64,000 nt of DNA from the NCBI GenBank assembly GCA_010015805.1, contig ML978132.1, positions 806,001-870,000 on the forward strand. Reading direction: 5' to 3'. Numbering within the stretch: the stretch's first letter is position 1; each line of letters opens with the position of its first letter. Origin of the DNA: Rhizodiscina lignyota (lineage: Eukaryota). Positions 50,789 through 61,414 of this stretch are shown here, piece after piece. Under the pieces are notes generated by a model. It searched no databases, was not told the DNA's origin, and saw nothing but the letters and a program-made list of their open reading frames with translations. A program made the position numbers and the translations under genes.

Positions 50789-52104
50789 GAGTGGCATATC
50801 ACAGATACCTTCCACATCTGCTCTTTTCTCTCCTTGCTCTGTATGGATCAAAGCCTTGACCTGTTTCAATGTAAAGATTGAGGAAGTAATCTCTCTATGT
50901 ATTGAACAGACTTATGGATCCAATATCGACCACCATCAATTATGTTGATGCCTGTGTCGCACGAGAGAAAAAGAAGGGAGAGTTGCACTGTATTGCGGAG
51001 TTCGGGGGTTCTAACCTAATTGGGCGCAGTGACTTGAGATTGACATTGGTGGGATCCATTGACAATTTCAAAATTCTAAGAGACTTAAGCGTCCAGGCGT
51101 GGGTTTGCAGTGGACCCACAGCACCAACTCATAGAGTCGTCTTCCTCGAATAGCTCGATGGCATAACATAAGTTCGAAGCTCAAGATTTAAGATATGCCA
51201 AGCTCCACCGCCAAGCACCAACACGGGATTGCCGCCAGCCAAGAGCCCTCCGCGAGAGTCCGCCCGTAGCTGAAACGTCCTTTATCCCACGCGTGCTCGA
51301 TCCATTGGACATCAAAAACTCTCTTCAAGCTGATTTACTCACGAACTCCTCGATTCAGCCTCATCGAACCCGCTGTCCAACTACAACGGCCCATTTCGTA
51401 TTCTGAAACGTTCAGCTCCATTCACCAGTCTCAAATTTCATGTCTCCGATGTCACTCGAATGAGAGTCTATTTTCGGACGCAACAACATTGCTGGACCAC
51501 TGTCGATCAACCCTTTTGACACGACTCCGCTCCCCCACGTCTGCTCATGGCTTGAGCTACGAGAGATTCATGTTTGCAGACCCAGGAGCGTGAACCTGGA
51601 GCGGAATGAGCCGGCAATGCTTCGACAACCACCTTCAAGGCAGAAAATCGATTGTCCCCGGTATCCCATGCTCCGGCATGAAATGAAGATTGCCATTAAT
51701 TACCGGAAGAGTGTTAGTGACAGCTCCAAAGAACACCTCATACCCACCAGCCAAACGCCTTCGAGAGGAACTAGGTCTTTACGAATCAGTTGTACCCCCA
51801 AAGCTCATGGGCAGGCAACATTCGTGGCTATGCTACAACCAACATCGGCGTTGTTGCGGCGATGGCACTATTCAAGTCCACAGGCAATTCCATCGCGCAC
51901 CTTGTCTTCAGAAGTAATGGAGCTTCCGGCGGAACTATTCCGGAGAAATGTAGCAGCCCATCGCTCTTCGAGCAAGTGGCCTGAAATGAAATATAAGTAT
52001 CTGGCATCTCCTGCGAAATACTCACAGTTGGCGGTGCTACCAAGCTTACAGATTCTTCCCACTGCATTTCTTTGTTGTCAATCTTTATCCATCATTTTCT
52101 GACG

Positions 52105-53679
52105 ATGGTTCACATCACTTCCTCCCGCACTTGTGTGCCTCTGCTACTACTCTCATTGCTACAATGTGCATCTGCGCGGCCATCCCATTTTTACCTCCTT
52201 CCTCGGCAAGCAAATCAGTCATTGGCAGCAGCCAGTGCATCTACCGGGGATCTCACAGCCGATTCAAGCTGTAAAGATCTCTCCGACTACCAATTCAACA
52301 ACAAGCTTCAGCTGCAAGCGGACTTCTGGGATAAGACGGACACTTCCGACATGCTCAAAGATTGGTGTGATGGTACATCGGCATGTGGCTCGAACTTTGC
52401 ATCTGCCTTTGCCGATCCCTGGGGAATGGGACAGAGCTTCTCATGCTCAATGAATGTTCCATGCGGCAGGCCGGACTGTTCGAATATGCAGGATGACACG
52501 GCGCCAAAAAGCGGAGCAGCTTATGAAGTCATGGTATCGCTCAGCAACGTCAACCAATACCTCGTCAACCTTCGAGCAGCTCTGAATCAGGGTAAAGACC
52601 GATTCAATGGACTGTCAACAGCGCTGCAGCAGACTTTCTGGCCCAGCCACAACCCAGACAATCTGTTGTTGGGCGAGATTATGAATGGCGGTCAAGCTGC
52701 CATGGGTATGATTGCTGCCATTGCTGGAGGTCCCATGGCTGGCATCGCCAAGGAACTCGTGAACGGAATGCTCAATGGTGTTTACCGCGCAATGACCGGC
52801 AAGGATGAATCACTCCAGAACCTGGCCAGTATGGAGCAAGAGACCGATGAGTGGTACCAAGGCTGCCTCAATTCTGTTAATACGCTCAATGATGACCTGA
52901 TGACGCTCGGATCCCATGACGGCATGTCGGTGCAAGACCTCCTTGCCGACGGTACATGGCTGGATTATCGCGACCACCCAATTCTCAACACCGATGCCTC
53001 CAGGCCTCTGGTGCAAGAGGGCCAGCTTAACGATTTGATGTACCACTTCCTCCTCGGTCAGCTCATCAACTACTCTTGGAAGCAGCAAAGCACCTGGCTT
53101 GTAACGTACCCGATGTCCGAGGATGATTTCAACAGCCGCACATGGAATGCTGGCAGCAACGATGGCCGCCTCAAGATGTACTACGGCGGTACTGCATGGT
53201 TCTTCCAGAGCCTTTACATGGATGGCAACATTCCCACTGCTCAAAACCCTCCGGGCTGGGACAAAGTCGAAGATAACATGGGCGATGGCTTCGACGCTCA
53301 CTCAATTATCGTTTCGTCCGCAGACGGCTTCAGCGACTCCGGGTTCGACCACGACTTCAATACCAACTTCGACCAGTTCTTTTCTGAGCCCGATACCACA
53401 ACATGGTTAAGTGTCGGCCCGCGCGCCAGAGGCTACTTTAGCATTCCGGTCTGCAACCTCGCTGGATCAGACAATGTCGGTAGCTTGGATGAGCTGAACG
53501 ATTGGCTTGATTCTCCCGGCGATTGGTTTGCGGACGGCAGAGCCAAGTCGAGCTACTGCGCGTGCAAAGATACGACAGACCAAACAGGGAAACTGTTCTC
53601 AGACGCGTTCCCGTCGGATATGGGGCTACAGCTTACGGGTAATTGTGACCCTACGGAAACTCTACCTCCTGGACCTTGA
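52105..53679 (+). CDS. Secreted acidic, Cys-containing protein of unknown function (~524 aa)
   Basis: Intronless ORF with signal peptide (VPLLLLSLLQCASA), clustered N- and C-terminal cysteines and a central Gly/Ala-rich hydrophobic segment. Confidence 0.8.
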   Translation: MVHITSSRTCVPLLLLSLLQCASARPSHFYLLPRQANQSLAAASASTGDLTADSSCKDLSDYQFNNKLQLQADFWDKTDTSDMLKDWCDGTSACGSNFASAFADPWGMGQSFSCSMNVPCGRPDCSNMQDDTAPKSGAAYEVMVSLSNVNQYLVNLRAALNQGKDRFNGLSTALQQTFWPSHNPDNLLLGEIMNGGQAAMGMIAAIAGGPMAGIAKELVNGMLNGVYRAMTGKDESLQNLASMEQETDEWYQGCLNSVNTLNDDLMTLGSHDGMSVQDLLADGTWLDYRDHPILNTDASRPLVQEGQLNDLMYHFLLGQLINYSWKQQSTWLVTYPMSEDDFNSRTWNAGSNDGRLKMYYGGTAWFFQSLYMDGNIPTAQNPPGWDKVEDNMGDGFDAHSIIVSSADGFSDSGFDHDFNTNFDQFFSEPDTTTWLSVGPRARGYFSIPVCNLAGSDNVGSLDELNDWLDSPGDWFADGRAKSSYCACKDTTDQTGKLFSDAFPSDMGLQLTGNCDPTETLPPGP

Positions 53680-53968
53680 GCCACGGGTGCAGTACGTGTA
53701 GACGTCGGAGTGCGCAATCGTTTCTGTAAAGACAGTGGATGTTTATTGAGGCTGTGTACCTTTTTCAATAAATATGGGCTGCATCCACTCAATTTAAATC
53801 TGGGCCAAGCCTAGCCCAAAGTAGCTTGTTTGATTTACTGTTTGTTTAGAATATTACCTTCATGACAAACTTTTGTGCATTTATCCCGCCAAACTACCTA
53901 GGTAGTCCGATGCCCAACAATAACAGTAACACACAACGCCGAGCAATCCATCATGCCTGCCAGTCCAG

Positions 53969-55042
53969 TTAAGCCCTGAACTTGACAGCGTTCTTGGATT
54001 TGCACGCAGTCTCTTTCCTCGGCTTCACATTGGTGGCATTACTAACGCCCAGCCACTGTGCCATCAACTGACTCCATTCCCATGGCGCGGTTTGACCACC
54101 TGGTTCACTGTCAAAGTACTCCCACCCAAACACACCCCCAAACGCCAGATACTTGGTGTTCAGCGCCTTTAGTGTCTTTTGGAGCTGGTCCCATGGCACC
54201 CACCCGGAACACTCAGTGCTCGACGGCGAAGATGGCACACCCATGACAACCTTTTCAGGAGCGAAGCCGTTGGAAACAATATCCTCGTAGCATTGCGGGG
54301 TATTCGCATCGCCGAATCCATTGTAGAATTGCGCGTTATAGAAGGCAATGTCTTTACCGCGTTGCTGTTCGAGCGCTTTGTAGTCAAAGCCGGAGATGCA
54401 GCCTTGCGAAGAACATTTCGATGAGAGGCAAGATGCTACCGGAGACATGGTGATGAGGAAGTCTGGTCCAAAGTCCTTCCTTATGCTATCGATCAAGCGA
54501 ATGGTGTTGTTGAGGGTGATGGAACGCGGTGTGCGCTGCGGATTCGCATCCTCAATGTCGAGATCGATACCATCGAAGTCGTGCGTTTTCAGACCGTCAT
54601 GTAGGTATTTATACTCTTGCTCCCATGTAGACTCATTGGCAAGTTGCATCGATGGATAGCTTCCCAGTAAGGAGCCGATAACCTTGATACCGTTCTTTTG
54701 AAGCTGCGCTTTGTCGGACCAGAACTCGGTTAAGTTCGAGGCGTTGATTGGCGTGTCCCAGCCTCCGGTCCAGACGTTCAGGCCCTCAAATTCGTTTCCT
54801 GGCGGCCATACCTGGAGAGAGGCAAGGATAAGGTGTGAGACCACGATATCGGAGGAGTTGTTGATGAGTGGGAGGAGGGAGATGTGCTTTCCCCTCTCGG
54901 TGAGGGTCCCGTGGTAGTAGATTATTCGCGGATCAGACGTAGAGTTGGGTGATGTATTAGCGGCAGACAAGACAGGAGAGAGAAGGGAAGAAAGGATTGA
55001 GATGCCAATGAAACATTTAGAGAAAGAAGTTGAAAACATCAT
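53969..55042 (-). CDS. Secreted GH18 endo-beta-N-acetylglucosaminidase (Endo T/Eng18-like)
   Basis: Signal peptide, PRIIYY..ISLLPLI, catalytic DGIDLDIE, DFGPDFLITMSPVA, SGFDY, YNAQFYNGFG, GGVFGWEYFDSEPGG..PWEW; this is the pattern of Trichoderma Endo T rather than of chitinases. Confidence 0.85.
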   Translation of the reverse strand: MMFSTSFSKCFIGISILSSLLSPVLSAANTSPNSTSDPRIIYYHGTLTERGKHISLLPLINNSSDIVVSHLILASLQVWPPGNEFEGLNVWTGGWDTPINASNLTEFWSDKAQLQKNGIKVIGSLLGSYPSMQLANESTWEQEYKYLHDGLKTHDFDGIDLDIEDANPQRTPRSITLNNTIRLIDSIRKDFGPDFLITMSPVASCLSSKCSSQGCISGFDYKALEQQRGKDIAFYNAQFYNGFGDANTPQCYEDIVSNGFAPEKVVMGVPSSPSSTECSGWVPWDQLQKTLKALNTKYLAFGGVFGWEYFDSEPGGQTAPWEWSQLMAQWLGVSNATNVKPRKETACKSKNAVKFRA

Positions 55043-56036
55043 GTTTGAGAATGAATTAAAACCAAGGAATGCATGCTTCTCGACTGTCAATGCAGAACGG
55101 GATCACGAGACGTTATATACACTAGACACACCTGATATACGGAATAAAACAAGTCATCATTCAAAGTTTTGCAAGGAACGACGCCGTCGACAGAGATGTT
55201 CGCAGGGTGCCGAGCCAGGGAGATCTCCACTCTCTGAGGCACTGTTAGCATATGATGTGGCATTGAGACTCTTAGGGCGCATGGTAAGGCTGGCAAATCA
55301 GTGCCACGAGAAATCCAAGGTACCTGGATACAGGGTGTGGGAGGATTCCCATGTGGCAGTGAATAGGATGTCCAGTTCAAGTGGCAAGGGTGGGTAGCCA
55401 GGCGGAGCAGAAGGGTAATCAGTCCGGCGGCGCCAAGAGTGGGAAGAGTGGGTACTTCAGCCGCCTGGAGATTTAGCGATCATGTGTCCACTGTGCCTTG
55501 GTGCGGGTGCCAAAGTACCGAAATGTGGGTACGATCTGCACTCCTTGGTGGCTGTGCGTGTCTTGCAGCAAATCACCGCTCCTCTCTCCTTATTTTCTAA
55601 ATAAACTCACTCTCTAGGACTGTACTCCCATCCCCGTTCTATATGAACGCCTCTTGTTGATCGTTTTGCCCGATGCCTATTCCGAGACTATCTTTCAAGT
55701 GGCGCGACAAAAACGCGCCCTGTTGACGCGTCAGTACTCTAAGGCTTTGGATGTGACCTTCTGAAGGGGATAACGCGTTGGAGTTATGTTGCATCTGGTC
55801 CTAATAATGTTCTCTATTATGGTATATCATTAGATCTCATCAGAAGCTGCTCTCAGTGCTTCAATTACCAGTCTTTGCACTCTGCCGCAGGCTGTCTCTG
55901 CCAAGTGAACTGAGGATCGCATACCTCAACACGACATCAATATCCATTTCGTCATGCGCCGAGGCTGAAGGACGCAAACCCAACTGAGACCTTGAGGTAT
56001 GTCGTTCATTCTGATACGCTAACCTTGATATACCCA

Positions 56037-58166
56037 TCATTTCTGCGGGCTGATTCGCACCTCCTCTGCCGATACGGAGCCATTGGTGACGACGAATCCG
56101 ATACCACCGTGGCTGAACCGGTCATCGCTCGCCTCCAGAACTCCTTTCCCATCAATCTGTGCTTTCAGGGTCGTGTCAACGACGGTGACAGCCACTTCGT
56201 ACGACCGATCGAGCTCCCATTTGAACTCCGCACTGGCAAGCTCCACTTTGGATCGATCGATTGATTTCACAAATGCAATGCGCCCACCAGACGTGAATAA
56301 CAGAGCATACCATCTCCGAAGCCCTTGGACACGTACCGCGACACCGCTCGGCGCTCCAAGGTTTACTCTGAAGTTCGAGACGGTTACCGTATAATTTCTC
56401 CACTCGCGCGTCCCGTAGCTTATGATCCCCTCTCCATCGTTCTGAGCAACGTAAAATGCTGGCCCCTGGTTCCATCTCTTGATCTCGGAGACTCCATTGA
56501 CCCACGCTTGACGCCAGAAGTCGCTTGGTCCGTTGAGTGGGCGCCGGAGCGTCAATTCAGGCGTGCTGTCCCAGCGGAGATAGTCCAGCCATACCGTGCC
56601 GTTGAGGTGACCAGAGGGAACGGAAAGCGCTAAGCCGAGCTGCTGAATTGGCTGGCTATCCATCGTGTCTGGTATTGTCCATTTGAGGATATCTGCATTG
56701 CCTGGTGCAAGTGTAAGAACGGCGGGTGCATCGCCCGTTACCAGCTCATCCCCTTTACTGTACACCTTCAGTCGGAGCCTCACATCGACAGAATTGCTGT
56801 TGCTCTTGTCGGCGCGGATAAGAGCTTGCACAGTCTGTCCAGGATACACCAACGGGCTGGCCATGAGATCGTACGTCTTCATCTTGACGATCTCCGGCGG
56901 CGTGAATGTCTGCGTCAGAACTTCCACTGAGCCCGAAGCTCTCGTCAAACCCTTTACTCGGATAGCCAAGGCCGATTGACCTGTGGCATCTTTGCCATTC
57001 TCGACTTTCACGAGATCTGGCGTCAGGCTGTGCCGCGTAGCCATGAATCCCTGGACACTTCCGGGAAGAGAGAAATGGAATTGTGCACCCTGCTTCGGCG
57101 CATCAAGAGGCTTCTCATGCGCAAGCTGTCGACCCATATTAACAATATCATAGGCTATCCGAACCGCATTGTTGATCGAATACCCGCCATCTGCACTGGA
57201 AATGAGCGCTCGATCTGCAAGCGGCCCACGCCAGTCTGGTCCGCCTTCGAATGCATTCATGCCGTGCATGAGCGCAACAAGACATGCAATATTCCCCGAG
57301 TTGCAGTCAGTATCCCAACCGCAAGTGTTGATGATATGCATGGCTTCGTGGAAGGAGTCTCCGCCGTACACGAGAGAGAGGACCATGATACCATGATTGG
57401 GCATGACATGGCAGTTTCCACAATATTTGTGATAGCCATACTTCTCCTCGATCCGCTCTCGTGTCTTCAGCCAGTCCTTGTCGTCGCGACACCACTCGCG
57501 GATTTCGGCTATCATTTTGGCGAGCTGAGACTCTCTTGGAATGAAACTGAGGCCGGTGTCGAGAAGATGGTCTACGTTCTTGGATACGAAAGCTTCTGCT
57601 TCCATAGCAGCCAGGAGCATGGCAGCATACACAGACTCGCCATCGTGGCTCACCTTCCCTGCCCTCTCAGCAAGTTTAGCAGCGAGCTCAGGGTTGCCCG
57701 GTGCCACCATCCCCCAGCCATCGATGAAGATCTGCGCTCCAATCTGCTCCGCAACTGTTTTACCGTTGGTCTCAATGCTGCCACTCCCAGGCGCTCGAAT
57801 GCCCTTCTTCAGATTCAAAAATGCTGTGTGCTCGGTGCTGATGCCATTGCCGCCCCACCAGAATATGGAGCGGCCCTCGACGACATTGTTCAGCCACGTA
57901 TCTCCGATATTCTCGGACGTAATATCGGCGCTCACGCCGTGCTCCAGCAAGGCCCTCGGGAAGACGAAAGTGCCAGACACATCATCGTCAGTCACCACAA
58001 GTGGCACATCTAGCTTTTCATGAACATAGTACTCGATATGTCCAAGCTCTTTCAGAATCCGTTGATGCGTCCAGCCTTCGAATGGTCGTCCGAGATATAC
58101 GCCTATGAGTTTTCCAAGAACGCCTGCGTAGACTCGCTCGAGGTAGTCGGAGGGCAAGTCAGGCAT
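56037..58166 (-). CDS. ADP-ribosylglycohydrolase (DraG/crystallin J1 family) with C-terminal beta-sandwich domains
   Basis: Intronless 709-aa ORF: ERVYAGVLGKLIGVYLGRPFEGW, metal-binding TDDD, IGAQIFID, VSHDGE, GWDTDCN. Confidence 0.88.
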   Translation of the reverse strand: MPDLPSDYLERVYAGVLGKLIGVYLGRPFEGWTHQRILKELGHIEYYVHEKLDVPLVVTDDDVSGTFVFPRALLEHGVSADITSENIGDTWLNNVVEGRSIFWWGGNGISTEHTAFLNLKKGIRAPGSGSIETNGKTVAEQIGAQIFIDGWGMVAPGNPELAAKLAERAGKVSHDGESVYAAMLLAAMEAEAFVSKNVDHLLDTGLSFIPRESQLAKMIAEIREWCRDDKDWLKTRERIEEKYGYHKYCGNCHVMPNHGIMVLSLVYGGDSFHEAMHIINTCGWDTDCNSGNIACLVALMHGMNAFEGGPDWRGPLADRALISSADGGYSINNAVRIAYDIVNMGRQLAHEKPLDAPKQGAQFHFSLPGSVQGFMATRHSLTPDLVKVENGKDATGQSALAIRVKGLTRASGSVEVLTQTFTPPEIVKMKTYDLMASPLVYPGQTVQALIRADKSNSNSVDVRLRLKVYSKGDELVTGDAPAVLTLAPGNADILKWTIPDTMDSQPIQQLGLALSVPSGHLNGTVWLDYLRWDSTPELTLRRPLNGPSDFWRQAWVNGVSEIKRWNQGPAFYVAQNDGEGIISYGTREWRNYTVTVSNFRVNLGAPSGVAVRVQGLRRWYALLFTSGGRIAFVKSIDRSKVELASAEFKWELDRSYEVAVTVVDTTLKAQIDGKGVLEASDDRFSHGGIGFVVTNGSVSAEEVRISPQK

Positions 58167-59162
58167 GACTGATCTTGAAAACAATGCATAGAGAGCCACA
58201 AAGGCTTTGAAGTGCAGCTTCTTAAACTTGGGCTTTGGAGTTTCTAATCAGCTGTGAGAGAGTTAAACATGCGGACTGAGAGCGAGGGGATCTTTCCCCC
58301 GGCGGAATATTCCCAGTGAAAATGTTCTCCTTGTAACTTGTTAGACAAATCGGAGAACGAGACTTGGATGCTGAATGGTTCCTCGGTTATCGTGAAAGAC
58401 AATCAATTCATTCCGGCTCCATGTCAGGGTAACAAGAGCCTCAATGGATACAAGTAACCAAGATCAAATGCCCCGCGCTATCCCGGAGATAAAATGCGTC
58501 GGCGTCTTAACCCAAGTTGAGAGCTATGCATTCAAGGCCGGCCAAGCGCGGTGCAGCGTGTGGAGGTGCTCCATGCGGAGAACCCTGAACTGACTCGTGA
58601 ATTGTGGGGTCTGAGGAAACATCTGGAGCTTGAATGGAGAGCACCATAAAGCTTCATCTCTTCAACTGTTTAAATTTCTGATTTCTATCTGGAGTAATAC
58701 CTTGGTTGTTGAGGCAGACACTAGTCTAAATGGCATCGGCCATCGACTATCCTAAATATCTTCGAGGAGGGAGGAGTATATGCTGTACATGGAGTCAATG
58801 TTAGGGCAGGATGCTTGATCGACCAAAGTTGCCTAAAAACTTCCTTCATACAACGGCACATGATAATCCGCACCTGTGGTAGAAGGATCAGAAGCTAGCC
58901 TCCCAGTAGGCGCTGGATGTTAGTCGTAACGATCGGATATTGCAACATACGGAAATGCTTCCGTGATATGTATTGGATATATCATTCGCCTTTATGTCTC
59001 TGCAATTTCGCTAGCTCTAGGGCATTCCTTCCAATTCATTTGCAGTCACTCTCTACTTGTTCGCGTTTCAATTGCCCGAGACTTCGATAGCTCGTCAGAA
59101 GTGTGTTCCAATCGACGAAACGTCCATTCGTAAGAAATTGATTGAGATTGACACCTGTTACC

Positions 59163-60828
59163 ATGGACTCGAAGGACGACAAACCTGAATTCAATGAGAA
59201 AATCACCTCAGACACGGCTACAGCAGCCGCCATCGCCACCGATGACGAGCACTCCATGACTGTTCGCGAGGCTTTCAGACGATATCCCTGGGCCTGCTTC
59301 TGGGCCATCGCAATGTCTCTAACCATCATCATGGAGGGCTATGATGGTATCCTCCTCGCCAATCTGATCGCCTACCCGTCTTTCAAAAAGCAGTATGGCA
59401 ACTACTATCCCGCTCTCGGCCAGTACGTCGTGTCCGCGCCTTGGCAGGCTGGCCTTGGAAACGCAGCGAATTGTGGCGCCGTCTTGGGGCAGTTCTTGAA
59501 TGGCTATGTCACTGAGAGATTCGGCCATCGGAGGGTGATCATGGTTGCTCTCGTGTTCCTAACCGGCTTCGTGTTCATTACGTTCTTTGCGAAGAGCATC
59601 GCCGTGCTGTGCGTCGGAGAGGTACTGCTTGGCATACCATGGGGTATCTTCGCTATCATGGGCTCTGCGTACGCCTCAGAAGTGTGCCCACTTGCACTCA
59701 GAGGATATCTGCTGGCGTTTGTCAATCTCTGCTGGGTCATCGGACAGTTTGTCGCTGCTGGCGTTCTGGAAGGGCTTGTGAACAACACCACGCAGTGGGC
59801 GTATCGCATACCATTCGCTGTTCAATGGGCTTGGCCTGTACCACTCTTCATCCTTGCGCTGCTTGCTCCCGAGTCGCCATGGTGGCTGATTCGCAAAGGG
59901 CGGGTTGCCGATGCGGAGAAGTCTCTGCAGAGACTTTCTTCAAACATGTCGCCGACACAGATTCAGTTGAAGGTCGCGATGATGATGCACACGAATGCGT
60001 ATGAGGAGACGCTGAACACCGAAAGCAGCTATCGGGACTGCTTCCGAGGGACGAATCTACGCCGAACAGAAGTTGCGTGTATGATTCTTGTTGCGCAAAC
60101 ACTTGCTGGAGAGGCCTTCGCCTACAATGCGTAAGTTTATCATGGATACGAGAGCTTGTCGCGGGAAACATACTTACGTCTCGCTCCGCAGAACCTACTT
60201 TTTCACCCAAGCAGGTCTCGCAGCCAGCGACGCGTACAAGATGAACTTTGGCGCGACTGCATTAGCGTTTATCGCAACATGTGTGAGCTGGGTGCTCATG
60301 ACGTATTTCGGCCGTAGGACGCTCCTCTGCACCGGCTTAGGCTTGATCGCCCTCGACTTGCTGCTCATTGGTTGTCTGAGCTACGCTGGAACGTCAGCAG
60401 CCACCTGGACGCAAGCCGCATTTGCGATGCTCTGGCTCGGACTCTACTCTTCGCTTCTTGGCCCGCAGTCGTTTACCGTGGCAGCTGAAATTTCAGCGAC
60501 GCGATTGCGTGCGCAGACACTCTCACTTGCTCGGAATGCGTATAACGTGGTCAACATTATCGACGGAGTTATTGAGCCGTACTTGATTAATCCGACTGAA
60601 GCAGGACTGAAGGGCAAGACAGCGTTTGTGTGGTTCGGAGTTTGTACACTTACCCTGGTGTGGGCGCTTTTCCGATTGCCGGAGACGAAGGGGAAGACGT
60701 ATGAAGAACTGGACGTGCTATTTGAGAAGAGGGTGCCGGCGTGGAAGTTTAAGACGACGCAAGTGAATGAGGTTGCGGAGGCGAATGAGATATTGCGCGA
60801 TAAAGATTGGATGCCAAAGACGGACTAG
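59163..60828 (+). CDS. MFS sugar porter, alpha-glucoside/maltose permease-like (MAL11/MAL61 group)
   Basis: IIMEGYD, LLGIPWG, YASEVCPLALRG, AYRIPFAVQWAWP, PESPWWL, DCFRGTNLRRTE, PETKGKTYEELD. Intron ~60130-60192. Confidence 0.92.
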
Positions 60829-61414
60829 ATGATATTGAAAACGGCCCAAACGTGTTGTCGGACGGTGGTATGGTGTTGTCGGTTGTTGCGCTTTAGTACT
60901 GTTCGCGAGAAGTGTCCGGATAAAGAACTTCTGATATTATGAAACTATACGTCTGTGATCTTGCTTTGTCACTAAGCCTTCACTATGTGAAAGTTCTTCA
61001 ACAGCGCATTTTATACACGCCTGATCAGGTTAAAGCCTCCGGTGCTCCAAAACCCTGCCGTGTCATAAAGGGGCTAGGAACAAGTCGGGAGGCCACGTGG
61101 GGGAGCGGAGCTTGGGAACAGGGAGCTCAGGGTTATCCCATGTTTTGAGATATTCCAGAGTGAAGTTGATGAAACTCAAAAGTGAAAGTGGCTGATGGGA
61201 TGCAGTTACATGAGGCACCGAAAATTTAGAGATGGAAGCTACGGAGTGCAGGTCAGATGTATTGCAGCTGAATCTGATATCTGCAGTAGACTAGCATGCT
61301 GATTTCGTCATGTTTCTTGCGCCATACTGATGTGAGCAGAACGAAGGACAGCTTTTGTATTCTTGCACAAACCCATCATTCCGGCGTTCAATGTCTTTTT
61401 AAACTTGCCTAACT

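Noticed and set aside
31628..55042. N-glycan degradation cluster (beta-mannosidase + ENGase)
   Set aside because: The genes are about 20 kb apart with unrelated genes between, and one is cytosolic while the other is secreted.
56976..58013. 345-aa plus-strand ORF
   Set aside because: Antisense shadow of the ADP-ribosylglycohydrolase.
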